A program made the position numbers and the translations under genes. From an uncultured delta proteobacterium (GTDB lineage: Bacteria > Myxococcota > Myxococcia > Myxococcales > Myxococcaceae), in the NCBI GenBank assembly GCA_963796055.1, contig CAWCKH010000004.1, positions 1,408,001-1,472,000 on the forward strand: a stretch of DNA of 64,000 nucleotides. The letters run 5' to 3'. Positions 49,007 through 60,934 of this stretch are shown in pieces. Each line of letters begins with the position of its first letter. Position 1 is the first letter of the stretch. Below the pieces are notes generated by a model that worked only from the letters and a program-made list of their open reading frames with translations, was not told where the DNA came from and did no database searches.

Positions 49007-50084
49007 GCACCACCTCCGGACCACGGAAAGGAATCTCCAGCAACGACTCGACGCCGCCCTCGACCCGATTGGCCACGTGGAAATGGTGGCGGCCGGGGTA
49101 GAGGTGCTGCAACCGGGCGCGCACGTTCCGCAGGCCCACGCCTCCGGGGGACTCGGCGCCCGGCGCGAGGCCCACGCCGGTGTCCCGGACGCAGAGCACG
49201 AGCTGCTCGCCCTCGCGGGCCGCAGCGACCTCCACCGAGCCGCCGGCGATGGAGGGAGCGATGCCGTGCCGCACGGCGTTCTCCGCCAGGGGCTGCAGGA
49301 CCAGGCTGGGGACCCGCGCCTCCAGCGTCTCGGGGGCGATGCGCATCTCGATCCTCAGCCGGTCGGGGAAGCGGATCTGCTGCAGGCTCAGGTAACGCTC
49401 GAGGAAGTCCAGTTCCTGCCGGAGCGGAACCTCCTGCTGGCCCACGGTGGCCAGAGCCAGCCGGAGCAGGTCGCTCAGGCCGGCGATCATCCGCACCGCG
49501 GTCTCCCCCTCGCCCTTCCGGACCAGCATCGAGATGGCGTTCAGGGTGTTGAAGAGAAAGTGGGGATGGAGCTGGACCCGGAGCGCGTCCAGCTCCGCCT
49601 TGGCCAGCTCGGCGTGAAGCCGGGCGCCGGCCAGCTCCTGCGCCCGCAGCTTTCGCCGGAGGTCGATGGCCAGGAGCACCCCCACCGTCATGACGTAGAC
49701 CAGCGTGTCCAGGAAGGCGCTGCCCTGGACCTGGGCCATCCAGGCCGCGCCCAGCGAAAGCCGCTGCATGCTGAATGGCCCGGCGACCCGGGTCAGCAGC
49801 GCCAGACACCCTTCCTGGAAGAAGACGAAGAAGCCACAGGTCGCGACGTGCACGACCCCCACCCGCCACGCCCCATGGCGCTCCACAGTGACCCGGCGCA
49901 CGAGCCAGGCCAGCACCGGCGTCAGGAATGCCCAGATGACCCAGCCCGCGTAGAAGTACAGGAACCGGTGGTTTCCCCAGGCCGTCACCTCCTGCTCCCA
50001 CGACTTGGACTGCAGCCCCACGGCGACGCCGGGGATGGACCAGAGGAGGACGAGGCCGGCGAACCGGCGCAAGGACGCGAGCAT
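48999..50084 (-). CDS. LytS-family sensor histidine kinase
   Basis: TM helices; QLHPHFLFNTLN, LQPLAENAVRHG, DTGVG, GVGLRNV. Confidence 0.93.
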   Translation of the reverse strand: MLASLRRFAGLVLLWSIPGVAVGLQSKSWEQEVTAWGNHRFLYFYAGWVIWAFLTPVLAWLVRRVTVERHGAWRVGVVHVATCGFFVFFQEGCLALLTRVAGPFSMQRLSLGAAWMAQVQGSAFLDTLVYVMTVGVLLAIDLRRKLRAQELAGARLHAELAKAELDALRVQLHPHFLFNTLNAISMLVRKGEGETAVRMIAGLSDLLRLALATVGQQEVPLRQELDFLERYLSLQQIRFPDRLRIEMRIAPETLEARVPSLVLQPLAENAVRHGIAPSIAGGSVEVAAAREGEQLVLCVRDTGVGLAPGAESPGGVGLRNVRARLQHLYPGRHHFHVANRVEGGVESLLEIPFRGPEVVRA

Positions 50085-50211
50085 GGGCAGACCGCCGGGG
50101 AAGAACGAGCGGTTGTACGGACGATTCCGTCGGCACCCCTGAAGCTGCAGCCAAGACCACCGGGACAGCAGCGGACGGCGGGGCCACGTTTTCCGGGAAC
50201 CCCCCGGCGGC

Positions 50212-50748
50212 TCAGAGCTCCCGGGACATGAGAAGCCGGAGTTTCCCGGACTTCTTGCTTACCACGGTCGCCACGGTGGTGAACCCCGCCTTCCGGTAGA
50301 AGGCGACTGCCGGCGCGTTCGCTGGATCTACCCGGAGCGCCAGGGTTTTTCGGTACATGTCCCGGGCGATTCCCAGGGCGTGGTCGAGGAGCGCCATCCC
50401 CACGCCGCGGTGCCGGAGCTCGGGCTTGACCACGATGTTCCGCATGTAGGCGGCGCCGGCGACGGGGCCGTCCCGCTCCACCGTGACGTAGCCCACGATC
50501 TGGCCTTGGAGCCGCGCCACGTAGACGAACGGGCGCAGCTGGGTGAGCGCCTGGAGCGACTCGTCGGGGGTCTCGCCTCGCTTGGCCCAGGGCTCCGAGG
50601 TGCCGCGGAGCGCCGCCACCGGCTGGAGCTCCGAGTCGCCCAGGGGACCGAACTTGAGGGCGGCCGGCAGGTCGGCCGGGAGGCTGGCGATATCGAGCGG
50701 CGGCAAGCTCATCTGCTCTGGGACTGTCTCCACCCGCTTCATCGTCAT
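50212..50748 (-). CDS. GNAT family N-acetyltransferase
   Basis: VKPELRHRGVGMALL, NAPAVAFYRKAGF. Confidence 0.88.
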   Translation of the reverse strand: MTMKRVETVPEQMSLPPLDIASLPADLPAALKFGPLGDSELQPVAALRGTSEPWAKRGETPDESLQALTQLRPFVYVARLQGQIVGYVTVERDGPVAGAAYMRNIVVKPELRHRGVGMALLDHALGIARDMYRKTLALRVDPANAPAVAFYRKAGFTTVATVVSKKSGKLRLLMSREL

Positions 50749-50939
50749 CTCCGCCACCCCCTCGTACCTCCGATGGATCCTAACCCCAGGGTTTGCATCC
50801 GTGCACCTTCCGAAACCACGGCCCATCTGTGGGCTTTGGTCGTACGGGGGCTCCGTTCTCGACGTATGGCGGCCTCCTGTATTCTCCGGGGCTGACTCCC
50901 GCCGCGGCGCCCCCACGGCGCGGCCAGGGCGTCGCCCTC

Positions 50940-51637
50940 GTGCAACTCAACCACGCCCAGCGCGAACTGACGGTCAAGGTCGTCTACTACGGGCCCGGTC
51001 TGTCCGGAAAAACGACGAACCTCCAGATGATCCACGCTCGCACCGCGAGCGAGGGGCGGGGAAAGCTCCTGACGGTCGAGACGCACGACGACCGCACCCT
51101 GTTCTTCGATCTGCTCCCGGTCTTCTTCCACACCAAGAACGGCTACACCGTGAAGGTGAAGCTGTTCACGGTTCCGGGCCAGGTCATCCACAACGCCACC
51201 CGCCGCGTCGTGCTGCAGAACGCCGATGCGGTGGCCTTCATCGCCGACAGCCGGCGGAGCGCGGGTCAGGAGAACAACCAGTACTGGGCCAACCTCCAGG
51301 ACAACATGCGGGAGAACGGGCTCAACGCGGCCCAGGTCCCGATCGTGATCCAGTTCAACAAGCGGGACCTGCCGGACACCAAGAGCGACGCAGAGCTCGA
51401 GGAGACGCGGGCCCGCGGCAGGGAGCCGGTGATCGGCGCGGTGGCGATCCGCGGCGAGGGGGTGCTGGAGACGCTCTACTCCGTGCTCCAGCTCGCCTAC
51501 CGCAAGATGGACGAGCAGGCCGGGCTGAGCCGGAACATCGGGCTCGCCGAGTCCGAGTTCCTCAAGCTCATCTTCGCCCGCATGGACACCGGCGGGACGA
51601 AGATCGGCGAGTGGCTGGCCAACGGGGAAGGCCCGCG

Positions 51638-51641
<4 letters not shown>
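50940..51641 (+). CDS. sofG: MglA-family small GTPase (SofG-like)
   Basis: GPGLSGKTTN, RTLFFD, TVPGQ, NKRD; no mglB neighbour; GNAT / kinase / thiL / dif context as recalled for M. xanthus sofG. Confidence 0.75.
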
Positions 51642-53164
<1,523 letters not shown>

Positions 53165-53180
53165 CGGGGTCTCGCCGACG

Positions 53181-54161
53181 ATGGGCCCGGAGTTCCAGCT
53201 CATCGAGACCTTCGTGGCCGCGGCCCGCGCCTCGCCGCGCACACCCGCCGGTCCGGGGGACGATGCCGCGGTGCTGCCGCGTGGCCGGGGCGAGACCTGC
53301 GTGACGGTGGACGCGGTGGTCGAGGGCGTGCACTTCCAACGCGCGAGCAGCCGCCTCGAGGACGTGGGGCACAAGTCGCTGGCGGTGAACCTCTCCGACC
53401 TCGCGGCGATGGGAGCGAGGCCCCGCTGGGCGCTGGTGGCGCTGGGCGTTCCGCGCGGCTTCGCGCTCCGGGAGGCGCGGGCGCTCGGGGCGGGGTTCGG
53501 CGCGCTCGCCCGGGCGACCGGCACCGCGCTGGTGGGTGGCAACGTGACCCGTGCGCCGGGGCTGTCGCTGACCGTCACCGTCGGTGGAGAGGTTCCCCCT
53601 GGGCGCGCCCTGCTCCGCTCGGGAGCCCGTCCCGGCGAGGTGGTGTGGGTGTCCGGCACGCTCGGGGACGCCCGGCTCGGCCTGGCGTTGCTGGAACGCC
53701 CCGCGGGGCCCGAGGCCCGGAGGTTGCGGCGTGCGCCGACCCTCGCCCGTGCGGCGATGGCCCGGCAGCGGCGGCCCTCGGCGCGGCTCGCGCTCGGAGC
53801 GGGGCTCGTCGGCCTCGCATCCTCATGCATCGACCTGAGCGACGGGCTGGTGCAGGACGCCGGGCACGTCGCGGCGGCGAGCCGGGTCGCGATGTACCTC
53901 GTGCCGGAGGCGCTGCCGTGCTCGGTCGCGCTCGAGGCCGCGGTTCCGGACGCGGAGGAACGCCTCCGGCTGGCCGCGGCCGGTGGAGAGGACTACGAGC
54001 TGCTCTTCACCGCGCCACCCCACCGGCGGTCCGCCATCCTCCGACTCGCCCGCCGGCTCGGCCTGCGCCTCACGCCCATCGGCGAGGTCCGTCGTGGCCG
54101 GGGCGTCCGGGTGAGGGGCGCCCGGCCGGAGAGCCTCGGCGGCTTCGACCACCTCGCCTGA
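53181..54161 (+). CDS. thiL: Thiamine-monophosphate kinase
   Basis: EFQLI, GDDAA, EGVHF, VNLSDLAAMG, DLSDGL, GGEDYELLFT. Confidence 0.95.
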   Translation: MGPEFQLIETFVAAARASPRTPAGPGDDAAVLPRGRGETCVTVDAVVEGVHFQRASSRLEDVGHKSLAVNLSDLAAMGARPRWALVALGVPRGFALREARALGAGFGALARATGTALVGGNVTRAPGLSLTVTVGGEVPPGRALLRSGARPGEVVWVSGTLGDARLGLALLERPAGPEARRLRRAPTLARAAMARQRRPSARLALGAGLVGLASSCIDLSDGLVQDAGHVAAASRVAMYLVPEALPCSVALEAAVPDAEERLRLAAAGGEDYELLFTAPPHRRSAILRLARRLGLRLTPIGEVRRGRGVRVRGARPESLGGFDHLA

Positions 54162-54253
54162 GCCGCCGCTCGTCAGGTCGCTCGCTCAGCAAACGTGGAA
54201 GCGCCAGGCTCCGCGCAAGCGCTGGTCAAGTGTGCGCAACGACAAGGATTTCA

Positions 54254-54290
54254 GAGGTGCCAGACACCTCGTTACGGACACCTCGTTACG
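54254..54290 (+). repeat. REP-like palindrome, copy 3, with a 14-bp tandem duplication
   Basis: GAGGTGCCAGACACCTCGTTAC (54254-54275); GACACCTCGTTACG repeated at 54263-54276 and 54277-54290. Confidence 0.8.
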
Positions 54291-54429
54291 GGCACGGCTA
54301 CCTCGCGACGGCACCGCGTTCCGGTGGGCCTCCGGTGCAGGACAGGGTCCGTGGGGGCGTCTCCGCCGCCCTCACCCGGCCCGCCGCTTCTGCTCCCGTC
54401 GAGGAACCCGGCGACTAAGCTTCGCCGGC

Positions 54430-55449
54430 GTGAAATACCTGGTGACCGGCGGGGCGGGCTTCATCGGCTGTAACGCAGCACGGCGGTGGATGGAGCGCGG
54501 ACATGAGGTGGTGGTCCTCGACGACCTCTCGCGCCGCGGGGCGGAGAGCAACCTCACCTGGCTGAAGACCCAGGGCCGCTTCGCCTTCGAGCGCGTCGAC
54601 ATCCGCGACCCCGGGGCGCTCGACGCCGCCCTCGCCCGTCACCGCGACACGCAGGTGGTCCTCCACCTCGCCGCGCAGGTGGCGGTCACCACGTCGGTGA
54701 GCGAGCCGCGCCACGACTTCGAGGTGAACGCGCTCGGGACCTTCAACCTGCTCGAGGCGGCGCGCCGCCACATCCGGTCCGCCGCGTTCCTCTACGCGTC
54801 GACCAACAAGGTCTACGGCGGTCTCGAGCACGTGGGCGTCGAGCAGCGGCAGGGCCGGTATGCCTTCCGCGACCGGCCGCACGGCATCTCCGAGACCGAG
54901 CCGCTCGACTTCCACTCGCCCTACGGCTGCAGCAAGGGCGCCGCCGACCAGTACGTCAGGGATTACGCGCGCATCTACGGCCTGCGCACCGTGGTGTTCC
55001 GGCAGTCGTGCATCTACGGGTGGCGCCAGTTCGGCGTCGAGGACCAGGGCTGGGTGGCCTGGTTCACCATCGCCGCGGTCACCGGAAAGCCGGTCACCAT
55101 CTACGGGGACGGACGCCAGGTGCGCGATCTCCTGTTCGTCGACGACCTCTGCGACGCGTACGACGCCGCAGTCGAGCGGATCGACCGGGCCAGCGGCCAG
55201 GTCTTCAACCTCGGAGGTGGCCCGGAGAACACGCTGTCGCTCCTCGAGCTGGTGGAGCAGCTGGATCGACTCGTCGGCCGCCCGCTCCGCCCGGCATTCG
55301 CCGACTGGCGCCCGGGGGACCAGCCGGTCTTCATCGCCGACGTCTCCCGCGCCGAAGAGACCCTCGGATGGCGTCCACGCACCGGCGTGACCGAAGGGGT
55401 CCGCCTGCTCGCCGGCTGGGTCCAGGAAAACCGAGAGCTCTTCGACTGA
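54430..55449 (+). CDS. NAD-dependent nucleotide-sugar epimerase (CDP-paratose 2-epimerase-like)
   Basis: [50 protein letters not shown]. Confidence 0.9.
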   Translation: MKYLVTGGAGFIGCNAARRWMERGHEVVVLDDLSRRGAESNLTWLKTQGRFAFERVDIRDPGALDAALARHRDTQVVLHLAAQVAVTTSVSEPRHDFEVNALGTFNLLEAARRHIRSAAFLYASTNKVYGGLEHVGVEQRQGRYAFRDRPHGISETEPLDFHSPYGCSKGAADQYVRDYARIYGLRTVVFRQSCIYGWRQFGVEDQGWVAWFTIAAVTGKPVTIYGDGRQVRDLLFVDDLCDAYDAAVERIDRASGQVFNLGGGPENTLSLLELVEQLDRLVGRPLRPAFADWRPGDQPVFIADVSRAEETLGWRPRTGVTEGVRLLAGWVQENRELFD

Positions 55450-55452
55450 GGA

Positions 55453-55475
55453 CCCTCCCCTCCGTGTGGGGAGGG
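55453..55475 (+). terminator. Hairpin after the epimerase gene
   Basis: CCCTCCCC-N7-GGGGAGGG 8-bp stem just after the stop codon. Confidence 0.35.
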
Positions 55476-55684
55476 GTGTTCCCCGGCGTACGCCCAGCGT
55501 CCGGAATGTGAAATCCGGTCCGTCCTACGCCAGAATCGCCCGCCGAATGGCCCTGGTGCCCCCGCCGACCCGCAACGGAGCGGTCCGCCGCTCCGTGCTG
55601 GACGAATTTCCTGCAGTCCGGACGAGCCGGCGCCCCGCCCCGGTCCGCAAGCTGGCGACGGTCCTCGACGAGCGGAGCCAGCCG

Positions 55685-56935
55685 GTGTCGCTGTCGCTGC
55701 AGACCAAGATCCTGGTCTCGCACTTCCTGCTGGCGATGGTGCTGGTGGGCGCCCTCCACCTGGTCCGCAATGCCAGCTGGCCGCTCCAGGCGCTGGCCGC
55801 CGCGGGGCTCACCCTGGTCCTCGCGCTCCTGCTGCCGGCGGTGCTGGCCCGCGTCTCGCGCCTGCGCTCGCTGAGCCGGAGCGCGCTCGACATCTCGCGC
55901 GGCGACCTGGTCTCGCCGGTGTCCACCGACCCGAGCCTCGGGCGCGACGAGATCGACGAGCTCACCACCGCCATCGGCAACATGCAGGAGAACCTGCGCG
56001 AGCTGGTGGGCCACATTCAGCACACCGCGGCCAGCGTGGCCGACTCGGCCAACGAGCTGCAGCGTTCGGCCGAGAACGTCAACGCCGCCACCACCGAGGT
56101 CGGCACCTCCATCCGGAAGATCGCCCTCGGCGCCGGCACCCAGTCGGACCTGGTCGCCAAGGCCCAGAAGGTCATCGGGGAGATGGCGGGCAGCATCCAG
56201 CGCACCGCGCTCTCCGCCGAGGACGCCGCGCTCGCCGCCGGCGAGACCTCGGTGGCCGCCGAGCAGGGCAGCAAGGCGGCCCGTCTGGCCGGCGAGAAGG
56301 TGAACAAGGTCTTCAGCCGGGTGGAGAGCGCCAGCCACGAGGTCTTCGCCTTCGGGGAGAAGACCCAGGAGATCTCCAAGATCGTGGACGTCATCACCCA
56401 GGTGGCCCAGCAGACGAACCTCCTGGCCCTCAACGCCACCATCGAGGCCGCCCGGGCCGGCGAGTACGGCCGCGGCTTCGCGGTGGTGGCCGACGAGGTG
56501 CGAAAGCTCGCCGAGTCCGCGGGAAAGAGCGCCGAGCAGATCAGCAAGCTCGCCCGTGACATCTCCGGCCAGTCCACCGCGGTGGTCTCGGCGATGAAGC
56601 AGGGCATCGAGGAGCTCAGCGAGGGCCGCGAGGATCTCGGCACCATCGTCCGCTCGATGGGCAGCATCACCGACACCGCCCGCAAGGGTGCGGAAAAGGT
56701 TCACCTCATCAGCCAGAGCGCCCGCGAGCAGCTGGCCGGCAGCGAGGAGATGGTGAAGGCGGTGGGGGAGATCTCCGAGGTGGCGGAGGCCAACGCCAGC
56801 TCCACCGAGGCCGCCAGCGGCATCATCGAGGACCAGACCGCCGCGGTGGCCCGCATGACCTCCGCAGCGCAGGAGCTGAACAACCTCAGCCTCGAGCTGC
56901 AGAGCGTGGTCCGCCGCTTCCGGCTCGGGTCGTGA
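55685..56935 (+). CDS. difA: Methyl-accepting chemotaxis protein DifA
   Basis: Two closely spaced TMs with no periplasmic domain, [39 protein letters not shown]; start uncertain. Confidence 0.85.
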   Translation: MSLSLQTKILVSHFLLAMVLVGALHLVRNASWPLQALAAAGLTLVLALLLPAVLARVSRLRSLSRSALDISRGDLVSPVSTDPSLGRDEIDELTTAIGNMQENLRELVGHIQHTAASVADSANELQRSAENVNAATTEVGTSIRKIALGAGTQSDLVAKAQKVIGEMAGSIQRTALSAEDAALAAGETSVAAEQGSKAARLAGEKVNKVFSRVESASHEVFAFGEKTQEISKIVDVITQVAQQTNLLALNATIEAARAGEYGRGFAVVADEVRKLAESAGKSAEQISKLARDISGQSTAVVSAMKQGIEELSEGREDLGTIVRSMGSITDTARKGAEKVHLISQSAREQLAGSEEMVKAVGEISEVAEANASSTEAASGIIEDQTAAVARMTSAAQELNNLSLELQSVVRRFRLGS

Positions 56936-57408
56936 GCGGTTCCGGCAGCTCGGCGCCGCGAGGTGGGACGGCATCCGACCGCGGGCCCGTCCAGCACGTC
57001 GTCTTCCTGGTGGACTCCGCGCGCTACGCCCTGCCGCTGAGCGCGGTGAGCCAGGTGGTGGTCCTGCCGGAAGGACTGGTGCGGGTGCCGCGGGCGCCCG
57101 CCCCGGTGCTGGGGGTGGTGAACCTCCGTGGACGGGTGGTCACGGTGGTCGACTTCCCGCTGCTCCTCGACCTGCCCCGCCCGGTGCAGCCCCAGCGCAA
57201 GCTGATCCTCCTCGAGCGGGGACGGCGCGACCTGGCGCTCAGCGTCACCGACGTCGAGGGCTTCGAGACCGTGGACAAGGTGTCAACGCAGCCACGCGAG
57301 TCACGTGCCCCGGTGCGAGGGGTGACCCGGGTCAAGGGTGTGGCGGTGACGGTGCTGGACGCGGATGCGCTCGACGTCGCGGTGACACACCTCTTCGACC
57401 GCGGCTAA
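56932..57408 (+). CDS. difC: CheW-like coupling protein DifC
   Basis: [22 protein letters not shown]. Confidence 0.85.
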   Translation: MSGSGSSAPRGGTASDRGPVQHVVFLVDSARYALPLSAVSQVVVLPEGLVRVPRAPAPVLGVVNLRGRVVTVVDFPLLLDLPRPVQPQRKLILLERGRRDLALSVTDVEGFETVDKVSTQPRESRAPVRGVTRVKGVAVTVLDADALDVAVTHLFDRG

Positions 57409-57439
57409 CATCTCGCAGGACCGCAGTCCCCCCCGGACC

Positions 57440-57817
57440 ATGCCGAAGCGAGTGCTGATCGTCGACGACGCGGTGTTCATGCGGAACATGATCCGCGACA
57501 TCTTCAGCTCCGGTGGGTACGAGGTGGTGGGCGAGGCCGCCCACGGCATCGAGGCCATCGAGAAGTACCGGACCCTGAAGCCCGACCTCACCACGATGGA
57601 CATCGTGATGCCGTACAAGAGCGGCATCGAGGCCACCCGGGAGATCGTCAAGGGGGACCCGAAGGCGGTGGTGGTGATCTGCTCCGCGCTCGGTCAGGAG
57701 TCGCTGGTGATGGAGGCGATCGAGGCCGGCGCCGCGGACTTCATCGTCAAGCCGTTTCGTGCCGAGGACGTCCTCGCGGTGGTGACGAAAGTCCTGGGCG
57801 AGACGCCCAAGGTGTAG
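57440..57817 (+). CDS. difD: CheY-like response regulator DifD
   Basis: VDDAVFMR, MDIVMP, CSALGQ, FIVKPF. Confidence 0.9.
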   Translation: MPKRVLIVDDAVFMRNMIRDIFSSGGYEVVGEAAHGIEAIEKYRTLKPDLTTMDIVMPYKSGIEATREIVKGDPKAVVVICSALGQESLVMEAIEAGAADFIVKPFRAEDVLAVVTKVLGETPKV

Positions 57818-57837
57818 CCCTGGCAGCCACGCTCGAC

Positions 57838-59736
57838 ATGTCCCGCTACCTCGGGCTCTTCGTGGCCGAGGCCTCCGAGCACCTCGAGGCGCTGGGGCGG
57901 GATCTGGTGTCGCTGGAGGGGACTCCGGCCAGCGAGACGGTGGACTCGCTGTTCCGCCACGCCCACTCGGTGAAGGGTATGGCCGCCTCGATGGGCCTCG
58001 AGCCCATCGCCCAGCTCGCGCACCGGGTGGAGGATCTGGTCGACGTGGCCCGCCGGGTCCCCGGGGCTCTGGGGCGCGACCGGGTGGATTTGTTACTGGT
58101 CGCCACCGACGCGATGCTCGCCCTGGTCCGGGGCACCGGCGAGGGGAACGTGCCCGCGCCCCAGCCCGAGCTGCTGGGCCGTCTCGGCGAGGCGGTCACC
58201 GCGCTCACCGGCGAGGCGCCCCGGCCAACCAAGGTGGCGCGGGTGGACCCGCTGGCGAAGACCCGCGAGCCGCTCGGCACCGGGAGGTTCGAGGTCCGCT
58301 TCCGGATTCTCCCTGCCGCGCAGAGCCCGGGGCCGCGGGCCTTCCTGGTCTACAAGAAGCTCACCGGTCTGGGCACGGTGACGCAGCTCCGCCCCCCGCT
58401 CGAGGACCTGCGCGCCGGCGCCATCCCCGACGGACGGGTGGCGCTGGTGCTCGAGACCGAGGGTGGCCTGGAGCCCGTGCGCGCGGCCCTGGCGCTGGTC
58501 CCGGAGGTCGAGCTGGTCTCCGCCGAGCCGGTCGCCGAGGCGCCGCCGCCGGAACCGCCCGCAGCCGCTGCCGCGGCCGAGCCGGCGCGCACGGTGCGTG
58601 TTCGCACCGAGCTCCTTGACGACTTCCTGGAGATGGCCGGGGAGCTGCTCCTGGCCACCGCCCGCCTGCGAGACATCGGCCGCCGCTTCCCCGAGCACGA
58701 GCGCCCCGCGCTGGATGAGGGCGTGGACCGGCTGCACGCCCTGGTGAAGGACCTGCACGGCAAGGTGATGGGCGCGCGGATGACGCCGGTGGCGGTGGTG
58801 ACCGACCAGCTGCCCCGCGCCGCCCGCGACCTCGCCCGCAAGCGTGGCAAGGACGTGGAGGTCACGGTCACCGGGGCGGAGATCGAGATCGACCGCGCCA
58901 TCCTCGACGCCATCGCCGAGCCGCTGCTCCATCTCTTGCGCAACGCCGTGGACCACGGCATCGAGTCCCCGGATGCACGGGTGGCCGCGGGCAAGCCTCC
59001 CCGGGGGCGGCTGGGCATCTCGGTCCGCCGCACCCGCGAACGGGTGGTGCTCGAGCTCGAGGACGACGGTCGGGGCATGGACCCGGAGAAGCTCCGCGCC
59101 GCGGCGGTGGCCCGGGGGAAGCTGCGCCCCGAGGCCGCCTCGCGCCTCTCCACCCGCGACGCCCTGCTCCTCGCCTGTCTCCCCGGCGTCTCCACCGCGA
59201 CCGACGTCGACGACGTGAGCGGGCGCGGTGTGGGCATGGACGCGGTGAAGCGCTCGGTCGAGTCGCTGGGCGGGGCGCTGGAGCTGGACTCGCAGACCGG
59301 GCGCGGCACCCGGGTGACGCTGCGACTGCCGCTCACGGTCGCGGTGGTGCAGCTGCTCCTGGTCCGCGCCGGAGGCGAGGTGCTCGGCCTCCCCATCACC
59401 AAGGTGCTGGGGGCGGTGGAGCTGTCCGACGCGGCGCTGCACCGCTCGCCGTCCGCGGACCTCCTCTCCTACGGGCAGCAGCTGGTGCCGGCGCACGATC
59501 TGGCAGGGCTGCTGGACCTCCCGTCCAAACGAGGACCCGGTTCGCGGCCCTGGGTGGTGATGGAGGGCGAGGAGGGCACGGTGGCCCTCGGGGTGGAGGC
59601 GCTGCTCGGACAGGAGGAAGCGGTGCTGAAGGCGCTCTCGCGCCCGCTCGACCGAGTGGCGGGCCTGGCAGGCGTCACCATCCTCGGCAACGGCCGCCCG
59701 GTGTTCATCCTCGACGTGCCACGGCTCCTGGCGTGA
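57838..59736 (+). CDS. difE: CheA-like histidine kinase DifE
   Basis: HPT FRHAHSVKG, HLLRNAVDHG, DDGRG, SGRGVGMD, C-terminal CheW domain. Confidence 0.92.
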   Translation: MSRYLGLFVAEASEHLEALGRDLVSLEGTPASETVDSLFRHAHSVKGMAASMGLEPIAQLAHRVEDLVDVARRVPGALGRDRVDLLLVATDAMLALVRGTGEGNVPAPQPELLGRLGEAVTALTGEAPRPTKVARVDPLAKTREPLGTGRFEVRFRILPAAQSPGPRAFLVYKKLTGLGTVTQLRPPLEDLRAGAIPDGRVALVLETEGGLEPVRAALALVPEVELVSAEPVAEAPPPEPPAAAAAAEPARTVRVRTELLDDFLEMAGELLLATARLRDIGRRFPEHERPALDEGVDRLHALVKDLHGKVMGARMTPVAVVTDQLPRAARDLARKRGKDVEVTVTGAEIEIDRAILDAIAEPLLHLLRNAVDHGIESPDARVAAGKPPRGRLGISVRRTRERVVLELEDDGRGMDPEKLRAAAVARGKLRPEAASRLSTRDALLLACLPGVSTATDVDDVSGRGVGMDAVKRSVESLGGALELDSQTGRGTRVTLRLPLTVAVVQLLLVRAGGEVLGLPITKVLGAVELSDAALHRSPSADLLSYGQQLVPAHDLAGLLDLPSKRGPGSRPWVVMEGEEGTVALGVEALLGQEEAVLKALSRPLDRVAGLAGVTILGNGRPVFILDVPRLLA

Positions 59737-59742
59737 GGCGCG

Positions 59743-60330
59743 GTGACCGGGATGCTCGCCCTCGCGGTGCACACCCTCCTCCTCGCCACCCCGGTCCTCT
59801 CCGAGGCAGACCTCAAGGTCGCCGAGCGTCTGGCCTGGCGCGCCGGCGTTCCCAAGGGGGCGCTCGAGTCGCTCTCCTCCGACGTCACCGGGGACGGCGT
59901 TCCGGACGTGGTGCTCCTCACCCGGACGGCGGACCGGCTGGTCCTCTTCGTCGCCGAGGGTCCGGTGTCGCCCGTCGGCCGCTGGTGGCGCGTGGACCTG
60001 CACCGCGGAACGGAGGCGGGGGAGCTCTGCGTGCCGTCCAGCGCGGTCCGCGTCCACGTCGAGGACCACGGCGTCGTCTCCCACGCGCTGGAATGCGACA
60101 GGGAACGGACCGGGGCCTGTCCCACTCCGCAGGGCCGGGCCCTGCGCGTCGAGAGTCCCGCCCCCGGCGGTCGCCCGCGCACCGGCGCCACCGCCGAGAG
60201 CGCTCCGGCCGCTCGCTGTCCGGCCGTGCACGTCTTCTTCGATGGGAGCGACCTCCGCTCCTGGTCCGGGGTCGGCACCGGGGGACGCTCCCCAAGCGCC
60301 AGCATTCCAGCCGACCCGATTGCACCATAG
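59743..60330 (+). CDS. Exported hypothetical protein inside the dif operon
   Basis: Signal-like N-terminus, DVTGDGVPD loop, four Cys; fills the difE-difG gap. Confidence 0.6.
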   Translation: MTGMLALAVHTLLLATPVLSEADLKVAERLAWRAGVPKGALESLSSDVTGDGVPDVVLLTRTADRLVLFVAEGPVSPVGRWWRVDLHRGTEAGELCVPSSAVRVHVEDHGVVSHALECDRERTGACPTPQGRALRVESPAPGGRPRTGATAESAPAARCPAVHVFFDGSDLRSWSGVGTGGRSPSASIPADPIAP

Positions 60331-60340
60331 GGTGAGACCC

Positions 60341-60919
60341 GTGCCCGCCGAGCTCACCGAGCCCCAGGCAGACGCGCTCCGAGAGCTGACCAACGTCGCC
60401 GCCGGACACGCTGCCCGTGCGCTCTCCACCCTGCTCAGGGGCGAGAAGTTCGGGCTCTGGCCGCCCCTGGTCCGCCTGCTGGACCACGCGCAGCTCACTG
60501 CGCTCCTCGGCGGGCGGGGAGCGCCGCTGACCTCGGTCAGTGCTGAGCTGCGGGGCGACGTGGGCGGTTGGCTGGCGCTGATCTTCACCGAGCCACACGT
60601 GCAGACCCTCACCTCGCGGCTGCTGGGGGCCGCGGGCCAGCGGTTCCAGACCCCTGAGGTGGCGCTCCGGGACGCGGCGAATCTGGTGTACGCCGCCGCG
60701 CTCGACGCGGTGACCCGGCTGTGCGGGGTGCGCGCGCTGCACTCGGTCCCGGTGGTGGGCGAGGGACCGGCGGAGATGATCGCCCGGATCTGCCTCCCCG
60801 GCGAGCATGGCTGGGTGCTGGAGGCCGAGCTGTACGCCTCCCCGCTCTCGGGCCGCTTCCTGCTGCTGCCCGACGAGGCAGGGCTGTCGACGTTCCTCCG
60901 CGGCCTCAAGATGGCGTAA
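60341..60919 (+). CDS. difG: CheC-like phosphatase DifG
   Basis: DALRELTNVAAGHAARALS CheC motif; last gene of the che cluster. Confidence 0.8.
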   Translation: MPAELTEPQADALRELTNVAAGHAARALSTLLRGEKFGLWPPLVRLLDHAQLTALLGGRGAPLTSVSAELRGDVGGWLALIFTEPHVQTLTSRLLGAAGQRFQTPEVALRDAANLVYAAALDAVTRLCGVRALHSVPVVGEGPAEMIARICLPGEHGWVLEAELYASPLSGRFLLLPDEAGLSTFLRGLKMA

Positions 60920-60934
60920 GCCACACAGCCTCAC

